64,000 nucleotides of DNA from Candidatus Parcubacteria bacterium (GTDB taxonomy: Bacteria; Patescibacteriota; Patescibacteriia; UBA1558; GWA2-36-10). Both the position numbers and the translations under genes were made by a program. The notes below the pieces were generated by a model. It made no database searches. It saw nothing but the letters and a program-made list of their open reading frames with translations, and was not told where the DNA came from. Shown here in pieces: positions 56,622 through 64,000 of the stretch; position 1 is the stretch's first letter; every line of letters begins with the position of its first letter. The stretch spans positions 152,394 to 216,393 of the forward strand of contig JABHSK010000001.1 of the NCBI GenBank assembly GCA_018669975.1. Reading direction: 5' to 3'.

Positions 56622-58070
56622 TTATTTATTATAAGCTATTTCTGCAACCTGCCAAATATTTTGATCATAATCAAAAACTAACACAACATACGATGGACCA
56701 TCCTTATCTATCTCTAGACCATTACGCTTGTCAGAATAAATATAACGAATATTATCCGGATCAATACCATGAAAAACATCCATCATCTCATATAGATAAT
56801 TTGATGGATCCCAAGGAAAACCATCTAAAATATAAATAATATCTACTTTATCAGCCAATCCTGCTGGCACCGAATTAGTGATGCCATAAGAAATTTCACT
56901 CATTGACTGATAAACATCTTTATCTAAGTGATGAATGCCAACTATATTGTAAATAATCAAAGCTGACAAAATAATACTTGTCCCAATCTTGCAAATTGTA
57001 GCAGCTTTGTTGGTAAAATATCCAGCCAGCATAAATATCATGCCCACGCTAACTACATAACCATAGCGTCGCGGTATCAAAGTAATCGCATCCAAAGATG
57101 CAACTAGAGTCGGCACTGGGAAACTCAGGTAGATCAAATAAACTAAAGTCCATAATAAACCAAATAACCATAAGCTGCGTGATTTTTTATTTGGTGCTCG
57201 AAACCACAAGCTCAGTAATAATATTGCTGCTAAAATATGAACCCAAACAAAACCACTTGGCTGATAAAAAAATACACTCACAGCTGATAATAAAACCGTC
57301 TTAAGTTGAATCAGAATATCAGGATTAAAGACATAACCCAGTGTGTTGTCTCCTCCACTCAATACAGTATATATAAAAATACCAAAAATAAAATAAATTA
57401 TAACCAAAGGCCAAAAAACTTTTAAAACTCTTTTTTTACCTCGCTTATCAGTAATTTTTAATTTAAAAAGTAAAAATAACCAAGCCAATTGTAAAAGTGG
57501 TAGGATATAAGCAATCTCTTTGGTAATCAATGCCAACAAAGTAGTCAATACATAGACTATCAACAACCAAAAAGAATTCTTTTGACTATAATAATAGATA
57601 GCCAACATACTCAGTAGTATCCACATAGTCACCAAAGCATGGACAGCAGAATTTATTAAAAACAAAACTTCCGCACCAAAATACTGAAAGGCAAACAAAA
57701 GCATCAGTAAAAATGCATAACGCCACTTGATAAACTTACTCAATAAAACAAATATCAACCAGGAGTTAATACTGTGCAAAACTATATTAGACAAATAGTG
57801 TAGTTGTGGATTCAAAGCAAATAATTTATAAGTCAACCAAAAATAAACGTTTATCAAGGGGTCATAAAAATGTCCCGGATTAACCGCTAATAAATCAGCC
57901 CGATTGTCTACATGGCTACCGAAAAATAGCCAGTCAAAATCATCAATTATAAAGTAATTGTTATATAACAATGGTGCGTATATAATTAACAAAAGTAAGG
58001 CTAAAACAGCCAAAAATACATACAAATACACACGTGAGGTTGGTAATTTATCTTTTTGTATAAAAATCAT
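56622..58070 (-). CDS. Polytopic membrane glycosyltransferase-like protein (GT-C fold, PMT/ArnT-like).
   Basis: About 12 transmembrane segments and an N-terminal region with a conserved DD...F motif (FIIDDFDWLFFG). Confidence 0.5.
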   Translation of the reverse strand: MIFIQKDKLPTSRVYLYVFLAVLALLLLIIYAPLLYNNYFIIDDFDWLFFGSHVDNRADLLAVNPGHFYDPLINVYFWLTYKLFALNPQLHYLSNIVLHSINSWLIFVLLSKFIKWRYAFLLMLLFAFQYFGAEVLFLINSAVHALVTMWILLSMLAIYYYSQKNSFWLLIVYVLTTLLALITKEIAYILPLLQLAWLFLLFKLKITDKRGKKRVLKVFWPLVIIYFIFGIFIYTVLSGGDNTLGYVFNPDILIQLKTVLLSAVSVFFYQPSGFVWVHILAAILLLSLWFRAPNKKSRSLWLFGLLWTLVYLIYLSFPVPTLVASLDAITLIPRRYGYVVSVGMIFMLAGYFTNKAATICKIGTSIILSALIIYNIVGIHHLDKDVYQSMSEISYGITNSVPAGLADKVDIIYILDGFPWDPSNYLYEMMDVFHGIDPDNIRYIYSDKRNGLEIDKDGPSYVVLVFDYDQNIWQVAEIAYNK

Positions 58071-58171
58071 TCTTTTATTTTATCACAAAATAGATTAATA
58101 GTATAAATACAACAAACCCTTGACTTATCTAGTATTTTTGTCTATAATTTATTCCGTTATTTATATAACCC

Positions 58172-58247
58172 GCCACCCTAGCTCAGTTGGTAGAGCAACG
58201 GTTTTGTAAACCGTCGGTCGTCGGTTCGAGTCCGTCGGGTGGCTCCA
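58172..58247 (+). tRNA. tRNA-Thr (anticodon TGT).
   Basis: Acceptor gccaccc/gggtggc, anticodon loop ttTGTaa, T-loop ttcgagt and CCA encoded. Confidence 0.85.
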
Positions 58248-58274
58248 CCACTTTTAACAAGTAACTTAGTATAT

Positions 58275-58430
58275 ATGTCACAAGACAGATTAGCCAAATT
58301 AGAGTGTACTGAGTGTCATAACATCAATTATCATACCAGCCGCAACAAAAAAGCTGTCAAAGAAAGACTGGAAATGAAAAAACACTGCAAAAAGTGTAAG
58401 ACACATACTTTACATAAAGAAACAAAATAA
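58275..58430 (+). CDS. rpmG: 50S ribosomal protein L33 (zinc-ribbon type).
   Basis: LAKLECTEC...NYHTSRNKK...[22 protein letters not shown]. The start MSQDR is at 58275; the listed longer ORF overlaps the tRNA. Confidence 0.8.
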   Translation: MSQDRLAKLECTECHNINYHTSRNKKAVKERLEMKKHCKKCKTHTLHKETK

Positions 58431-58464
58431 TCCCGCCCACTCCCTGGGATGGGATTATTCGTGG

Positions 58465-58538
58465 GGGGGCGTAGTATAGTGGTAGTACAGGGGTCTCCAA
58501 AACCTCTAGCGTGGGTTCGATTCCTACCGCCCCTGCCA
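58465..58538 (+). tRNA. tRNA-Trp (anticodon CCA).
   Basis: Acceptor gggggcg/cgcccct, anticodon loop ctCCAaa, T-loop ttcgatt and CCA encoded. The canonical tRNA-Thr/rpmG/tRNA-Trp arrangement. Confidence 0.85.
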
Positions 58539-58862
58539 GTTTAAAACACCTTATTTTATTTGGTGTTTTTGTTATTTTATCATTGACAAGTATAGGTTTT
58601 TCTGGTATGATTAATTAGCTTCTTAAGTAGTTTAATATAAAAATATATTAAAAAAGATCAACTAAAAAAATTTGCAGCTGGGCAATCTAGATATTGTCAA
58701 AATTGCGGAGTAGAATCCAGCGAATTATTTGAAGTTACTAAAAATATTCACAAAAAAGATCAACTGCTATATTGTATTAATTGTAAAAATACGCATATAA
58801 AATAATCTAACTACGCTGCCTATCAAAAAAAGCCTCACCGTTTGGTGAGACTTTTTTGTTAT

Positions 58863-59945
58863 TTAAAACCAAGATTTTTTATCTTTGATAAGCTCTTCAT
58901 TGAGCTCTTCTAGAAGTTTCTTTTGTTTTTTACTAAGCTTGGTGGGCACATCTACATTAATTATCACTATTTGATCTCCCCTGCCTCTAGATTTAAGATG
59001 CGTAACACCCTTGTCCTTGAGAATAAACTTTTTACCAGATGGAGTGCCAGCTGGTATTTTTAGTTTAACTTGGCCGTCTATGGTTTTAACTTTGATATCC
59101 CCACCTAGAGCAGTCATCGTAAAAGGCACATCGTATTCAGTGACAAGATCAAAACCTTGTCTTTCAAAACCAGCTTCTGGTTTGACGTGAATATTAATAT
59201 AAAGATCACCAGCGGCTGATCCATTCTTACCAGCATTACCTTGTCCGGCTAGACGAATAGCTTGCCCTTCATCAATACCAGCCGGAATCTCAGCTTTGAT
59301 ATCAGCATTCTCTGTAATTACTCCCTGCCCACTGCAAGCACCACATTTATCCTTGATAGTCTTACCTTTACCTCTGCAATCTGGACAGACTGTCTGCGTA
59401 CGAAAAGTACCCATCACTGTAGTGGTTACTTTACCACTACCGCCACAAGTCTTACATTCATCATAGGCGGTACCTTTGTCAGCACCAGTGCCGTGGCAAG
59501 GCTCACAACTATTTTGTTTACGGATAGAAACGGTCTGACTAATGCCAAAAACTGCTTCTTTGAGACTAATTTCTAGATCAACTTCAATGTCAGAGCCCCT
59601 CTGGCTACGTGTATTGCCCGTAGGGCCACCTCCATTAAAAAAGCTAGAGAATATATCACCTAAATCAAAATCTACATTCTGAGCGCCACCAAAGCCTTGG
59701 GCAAATGGATTACCACCGCCAAAGCCTTGGGCACCATCAAAAGTAGTGCCAAATTGATCGTACTGTTGGCGTTTTTCCTGATTACCGAGCACCTGATAAG
59801 CTTCATTTATTTCCTTGAACTTATCAACGTCGCCAGTGGTTTTATCAGGATGATATTGATGAGCTAGCTTGCGAAAAGCTTTTTTAACATCAGCCTCATT
59901 AGCACCTTTATCAACTCCTAATATTTTGTAATAGTCTTTTCCCAT
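58863..59945 (-). CDS. dnaJ: Chaperone DnaJ.
   Basis: J-domain (HPD), a G/F region, four CxxCxGxG zinc-finger repeats and a C-terminal domain. Confidence 0.9.
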   Translation of the reverse strand: MGKDYYKILGVDKGANEADVKKAFRKLAHQYHPDKTTGDVDKFKEINEAYQVLGNQEKRQQYDQFGTTFDGAQGFGGGNPFAQGFGGAQNVDFDLGDIFSSFFNGGGPTGNTRSQRGSDIEVDLEISLKEAVFGISQTVSIRKQNSCEPCHGTGADKGTAYDECKTCGGSGKVTTTVMGTFRTQTVCPDCRGKGKTIKDKCGACSGQGVITENADIKAEIPAGIDEGQAIRLAGQGNAGKNGSAAGDLYINIHVKPEAGFERQGFDLVTEYDVPFTMTALGGDIKVKTIDGQVKLKIPAGTPSGKKFILKDKGVTHLKSRGRGDQIVIINVDVPTKLSKKQKKLLEELNEELIKDKKSWF

Positions 59946-61886
59946 TTATTTTTTATCTTTCTTATCCTTGTTCTTATCCTCGTCTTTGACTTCTTCAAAG
60001 TCACCTTCCACAGCATCCTTATCGGCCTTTTTATCTTTATCATCTTCCTTGGCTGCTTCTGGACCAGCTGCGCCAGCAGCTCCTTGCTGTTGTTGATACA
60101 TAGAAGCACCAACAGTCTGCACTGTCTCTTCCATATTAGCTACAGCTTTTTTGATTACCTCTAAGTCTTGGCTGTCTTTAACTTTTTTCATTTCATCTAC
60201 CTTGTCTTGCATTTTCTTCTTATCCTCATCTTTAAGTTTATCTTTGTTTTCTTTAATAAACTTTTCAGTTTGGAAAATAATATTTTCAGCATTATTCCTT
60301 ACTTCAACCTCTTCTTTCTTTTTTTTGTCCTCTTCAGCATGCACCTCAGCATCTTTAGTCATCTTTTCAATTTCATCATCTGCTAAACCTGAAGATGATT
60401 TGATAGTAATAGACTGTTCTTTACTAGTAGCTTTATCCACTGCTTTAACATTTAAAATACCATTAGCATCGATGTCAAAACTAACCTCAACCTGTGGAAC
60501 ACCACGTGGTGCTGGAGGAATACCTGACAAAGTAAATCTACCCAATGTCTTGTTGTCAGCAGCCATCTCACGCTCACCTTGTAAGACATGAATTTCAACC
60601 GTATCTTGATTATCAGCAGCAGTTGAAAAAACCTGAGTCTTATTAGATGGGATAGTAGTATTTCTTTCAATCAAAGGAGTACGTACACCACCTAGAGTCT
60701 CTAAACCTAAAGTCAATGGAGTAACATCCAAAAGTAAAACGTCTTTAACATCACCTTGTAGTACGCCAGCTTGAACAGCGGCACCCATAGCTACTACCTC
60801 ATCTGGATTTACAGAAATATTTGGTTTTTTACCAAAAAACTCTTCTACTTTTTGTTGGACCAGTGGCATTCTTGTCATACCACCAACCATAACAATCTCT
60901 TCTATATCTTTAATATCTAATTTAGCATCTTTAAGAGCTTTTTTACATGGCTCCAGGGTCTTAGCTACCAATTCACCAACCAACTCTTCTAATTTAGCTC
61001 TAGTTAATTTCATTACCAAATGTTTTGGCCCTGATTCATCAGTAGTTATGAATGGTTGGTTTATTTCAGTTTCCATTGAAGATGACAATTCAATCTTGGC
61101 TTTTTCAGCAGATTCTTTAAGTCTCTGCAAAGCTAAAGTGTCTTTTGACAAATCAATACCTTCTTGTGATTTATATTCATCTAAAATCCAGTTGATTAAT
61201 ACTTGATCGAAATCATCACCACCTAGATGAGTATCACCATTAGTAGCTTTTACTTCAACTGTATCAGCTGAAACATCTAGAATAGAAATATCAAAAGTAC
61301 CACCACCTAGGTCATAGACAGCAATCTGTTGATCTTTCTTTTTATCAAAACCATAGGCCAGCGCAGCAGCAGTCGGCTCATTGATAATACGTTTAACTTC
61401 CAAACCTGCAATTTTACCTGCATCTTTAGTAGCCTGACGTTGTGAGTCATCAAAGTAAGCTGGAACAGTAATAACTGCCTCTTTGACTTCTTCACCCAAT
61501 CTTTCTTCGGCATCAGCTTTGATCTTCTGCAAAATCATAGCAGAAACTTCCTGAGGACTATGTTCTTTGTCTCCCATTTTTACTTTAACACCTTCACCGG
61601 CCTGAACAATCTTGTAAGGCACAGTTTCAATGTCTTCTTTTATTTCAGCATCACTATATTTACGTCCAATTAATCTTTTGACTGAAAAAATAGTGTTTTC
61701 TGGATTAGTAACTGCCTGCCGTTTGGCTGGCAAACCAGCTAATCTTTCACCATTTTTGGACATAGCAACAATAGATGGTGTAGTACGAGAACCCTCTTTA
61801 TTTTCCAAAATCTTTGGTTTTCCACCTTCAACAATAGCAAAGGCTGAATTTGTGGTTCCTAAATCAATTCCTAAAATCTTTGGCAT
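59946..61886 (-). CDS. dnaK: Chaperone DnaK (Hsp70).
   Basis: [16 protein letters not shown] and a C-terminal lid with an acidic tail. Confidence 0.95.
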   Translation of the reverse strand: MPKILGIDLGTTNSAFAIVEGGKPKILENKEGSRTTPSIVAMSKNGERLAGLPAKRQAVTNPENTIFSVKRLIGRKYSDAEIKEDIETVPYKIVQAGEGVKVKMGDKEHSPQEVSAMILQKIKADAEERLGEEVKEAVITVPAYFDDSQRQATKDAGKIAGLEVKRIINEPTAAALAYGFDKKKDQQIAVYDLGGGTFDISILDVSADTVEVKATNGDTHLGGDDFDQVLINWILDEYKSQEGIDLSKDTLALQRLKESAEKAKIELSSSMETEINQPFITTDESGPKHLVMKLTRAKLEELVGELVAKTLEPCKKALKDAKLDIKDIEEIVMVGGMTRMPLVQQKVEEFFGKKPNISVNPDEVVAMGAAVQAGVLQGDVKDVLLLDVTPLTLGLETLGGVRTPLIERNTTIPSNKTQVFSTAADNQDTVEIHVLQGEREMAADNKTLGRFTLSGIPPAPRGVPQVEVSFDIDANGILNVKAVDKATSKEQSITIKSSSGLADDEIEKMTKDAEVHAEEDKKKKEEVEVRNNAENIIFQTEKFIKENKDKLKDEDKKKMQDKVDEMKKVKDSQDLEVIKKAVANMEETVQTVGASMYQQQQGAAGAAGPEAAKEDDKDKKADKDAVEGDFEEVKDEDKNKDKKDKK

Positions 61887-61890
61887 ATAA

Positions 61891-62226
61891 TTATGTTAAT
61901 TTCTTTAAATTATTAATTAATTCTTTTTTGCTTATTAAATATTGAATATCTAGCACATCATTATCAGACAAATCATCTTGACCAGCAAAATCCATTACTT
62001 CCTGTGGTTTAAGATCAGTTAGGATGGCATTGCCGATTACCCCTTGAGGTAGGCTGGCAAACTTGGTCAATAGATTGGCCCCACAACTTTTGCAGGTAGC
62101 ATAGGTCAATAAGCCATATTCATTTTCGTCGAGCACTTGAATCATTGATTGTTGGTAATCCATATTACAAACTGGACACTTTTTAATCAGTTTTAGATTC
62201 AGCGGTGATTGAAAGTTGTTTATCAT
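61891..62226 (-). CDS. Hypothetical zinc-ribbon protein inside the heat-shock operon.
   Basis: CPVC...CKSCG. Confidence 0.45.
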   Translation of the reverse strand: MINNFQSPLNLKLIKKCPVCNMDYQQSMIQVLDENEYGLLTYATCKSCGANLLTKFASLPQGVIGNAILTDLKPQEVMDFAGQDDLSDNDVLDIQYLISKKELINNLKKLT

Positions 62227-62628
62227 TTATTTTTTATTATTTATATTGATCTTTATGCTCTTGGACTTGCTTTGTTTTTTCTTTGGTAAAATTACTTTAA
62301 GTAGGCCGTTTTTAAAATCAGCCTTGGCTTTATCAGCATCTACAGAGGCTGGCAACATAACTGAACGATGAAATGAACCACTACGCACTTCTTTGCGATA
62401 GTAATTCTTTTCCTCTATTTCGCTAGTTGCTTGTCTCTGACCATCTATAGTCAACACGTCCTCATTTATATTAATTTCTACATCTTCCGGCTTAATGCCA
62501 GCTAAAGTGGCTTCAACAATAACTTCCTGACCCTCTTCATAAACATCCACAGCTGGTACAAAATTGGAAAGACTTTTCTCCAAACTATCAAATGTGTCTA
62601 AAAATGGACTCCATGGTATAAGTGACAT
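62227..62628 (-). CDS. Hsp20/alpha-crystallin family small heat-shock protein.
   Basis: Alpha-crystallin domain with C-terminal GLLKVILPKK. Confidence 0.8.
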   Translation of the reverse strand: MSLIPWSPFLDTFDSLEKSLSNFVPAVDVYEEGQEVIVEATLAGIKPEDVEININEDVLTIDGQRQATSEIEEKNYYRKEVRSGSFHRSVMLPASVDADKAKADFKNGLLKVILPKKKQSKSKSIKININNKK

Positions 62629-62651
62629 AATAATGTTTCCTTTCTATTTTA

Positions 62652-63137
62652 TTATTTATGATTATTGATTATTACTTTTGCAGGTCGGATAACTACATTT
62701 TTTAATTTATATCCTGCTAATTTTTCTTCCACGATAACTTGATCATCTTGATCTGCCTCATTAACCTCGCCGACAGCTTCATGCCAATATGGATCAAATT
62801 TTTGATTGCCTGTCTCAATCTGTTCAACTTTATGATCATCTAAAAATGTCTGCCACATCTTTAAGATGTGCTCTAAACCAATTGCCCAAGATTCTTTTTG
62901 TTGATCAGTTGGTATATGTTTGATGGCTGTACGATAGTTATCAAATATAGGTAACAACTCAAGAATAAACGCATTGGTAGTGAAGTCAGACATACTGGAT
63001 AATCTTTTATCTGATTCTTTCTGTAAATTTTGATAATCAGCTAGAGCTTTTTTCCAACCAGCCAAATGTTCAGCTGCTTTAATTTCTAACTCCTCTGTCT
63101 TACTAAGTTTCTTTTCTTTCTTCTTATCTTTTTTCAT
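62652..63137 (-). CDS. grpE: Nucleotide exchange factor GrpE.
   Basis: Coiled-coil followed by the GrpE C-terminal beta-domain (DPYWHEAVGEV). Confidence 0.85.
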   Translation of the reverse strand: MKKDKKKEKKLSKTEELEIKAAEHLAGWKKALADYQNLQKESDKRLSSMSDFTTNAFILELLPIFDNYRTAIKHIPTDQQKESWAIGLEHILKMWQTFLDDHKVEQIETGNQKFDPYWHEAVGEVNEADQDDQVIVEEKLAGYKLKNVVIRPAKVIINNHK

Positions 63138-63797
63138 TTATTTTATAATTTTAACTGTTTGTTCTAAAAGTCCTAAAACTCGATTATAATCCATACGAAC
63201 TGGCCCCAAGATAGCCAAAATTTCTCTACCAGGCAATGGTGTGATGGCCACTGAACAATGCTCGGAAAAAGGATTATCCTGCCCCAACAGTACTTGCGGT
63301 TCAGAAATATTATCATAAACATCTGCAATAGCTTTTTCCAAAGAATCGACCACCTGACTCATGGATAGCACCATTTTATAATCTTCAAACTCTGGTTGTG
63401 AAAATAAGTTGAATAAACCCGTAAAATACATATCATTGGCTGCAAAGCCGACAATAGTAGCCAAATTGGTTTTTTCAACCAAAAGCTTAGCCAAATCACG
63501 TATATCCTTTTTATAAGCTATTCTTAATTCATCTTGCTCCTTATCAGTTGGCTCTTTGACTGATAGTAAATTATCTAGATAAAATCTATAACCCAAAACA
63601 GTTGGGATACGTCCAGCTGAAGTGTGCGGTTGCATGATATAGCCTTGTTGCTCCAAAGCATACATAGCATTACGAATAGTGGCTGGACTAACATCAAATT
63701 TTTTACTCTCGGCTAACACTGAAGAGCCAACTGGCTTAGCTGTCTGGGTGTAGATCTCAACTATGGCTTTGAGTAATTTTTGATCTCTATTTTCCAT
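63138..63797 (-). CDS. hrcA: Heat-inducible transcription repressor HrcA.
   Basis: N-terminal wHTH (KLLKAIVEIYTQTAKPVGSS) and the HrcA C-terminus. The start MENRDQ is at 63797. Confidence 0.85.
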   Translation of the reverse strand: MENRDQKLLKAIVEIYTQTAKPVGSSVLAESKKFDVSPATIRNAMYALEQQGYIMQPHTSAGRIPTVLGYRFYLDNLLSVKEPTDKEQDELRIAYKKDIRDLAKLLVEKTNLATIVGFAANDMYFTGLFNLFSQPEFEDYKMVLSMSQVVDSLEKAIADVYDNISEPQVLLGQDNPFSEHCSVAITPLPGREILAILGPVRMDYNRVLGLLEQTVKIIK

Positions 63798-63816
63798 GTA
63801 TATTATTATAAAGTAA

Positions 63817-63843
63817 TTAGCACTCTCAGTCAAGGAGTGCTAA
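63817..63843 (-). promoter_or_regulatory. CIRCE operator (HrcA binding site).
   Basis: TTAGCACTC-N9-GAGTGCTAA is a perfect inverted repeat immediately upstream of the hrcA start. Confidence 0.85.
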
Positions 63844-63928
63844 CAGCTATGATGCCACCCTTCCCTGTCGGGTATACAAAAAACCAACCCCTCATAGAGA
63901 GGTGGGGGTTTTTTAAATAATTTATTCT

Positions 63929-64000
63929 TTTCTTAAAGCAGTAATAGGGTCCAACCTAGCAGCTTTTCTAGCTGGATAAAGCCCAAAGATAAGACCTACC
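63929..64000 (-). CDS. C-terminal end of an ABC transporter permease (FtsX/MacB-like); the gene continues beyond the window.
   Basis: The minus-strand translation ends ...VGLIFGLYPARKAARLDPITALRKE*, which is the typical FtsX-family C-terminus. Confidence 0.5.

Noticed and set aside
58239-58274. N-terminal extension of the rpmG ORF ([12 protein letters not shown]).
   Set aside because: It overlaps the CCA end of tRNA-Thr. The conserved L33 sequence begins at MSQDR (58275).
58640-58790. Frame encoding a CxxC...CxxC zinc-ribbon peptide downstream of tRNA-Trp, considered as a possible secE replacement.
   Set aside because: There is no ATG, GTG or TTG start in frame after the upstream stop. It is reported only as a finding, not as a feature.
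1-64000. Search for CRISPR arrays, rRNA genes and IS elements.
   Set aside because: I saw no regularly spaced direct repeats and no rRNA-like conserved blocks. I saw no transposase motifs (DDE/HUH) in any frame. The only recombinase is the integrase at 737-1630.

Overview
Most of this window looks like a low-GC (~30%) genome, consistent with a reduced Candidate Phyla Radiation-type bacterium. The native housekeeping genes are on the minus strand for the first 17 kb: fba, tpiA, a DacA-like PBP, rluB, scpB and scpA, aspS, asnS, an RND pump with its adaptor. Further along are argS, dnaB-ybaB-recR, rplU, rpmG, and the heat-shock operon hrcA-grpE-hsp20-dnaK-dnaJ with a perfect CIRCE operator. There are seven tRNAs: Thr-GGT, Tyr, Thr-CGT, Asn, Lys, Thr-TGT and Trp. 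Embedded in this background are several GC-rich (~50-58%) blocks. They carry near-consensus TTGACA-N17-TATAAT promoters, AGGAGG ribosome-binding sites and GC-clamp terminators. All of them look horizontally acquired, or the window is chimeric.

The most system-like block is a ~9.8 kb co-directional island at 18.9-28.7 kb, immediately downstream of a native NrtR-like (Nudix-wHTH) regulator. It encodes:
- a PP2C phosphatase, a Ser/Thr-kinase-like protein and a vWA protein (a TerY-P-like signalling triad);
- a nicotinamidase-like cysteine hydrolase, an ADP-ribose-pyrophosphatase-like Nudix, an unknown 292-aa protein, PncB, a Prs-like PRPP synthetase and NadE.

I read this as a candidate phosphorylation-controlled NAD+ salvage/reconstitution module and flag it as the main candidate novel system.

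Other candidates:
- a GHKL-ATPase three-gene module at 33.3-36.1 kb;
- a Cys-rich protein plus a Cas4/RecB-like nuclease next to tRNA-Lys;
- a cassette island at 47.8-56.6 kb (secreted proteins, an RNA-ligase-like enzyme, a histidine phosphatase) whose final terminator is near-identical to that of the NAD island;
- an integrase, tRNA-Thr and methyltransferase-fragment locus at the window start;
- an unclassified GC-rich structured-RNA locus between scpA and aspS.

All calls are from reading translations and motifs by eye; no database searches were run.
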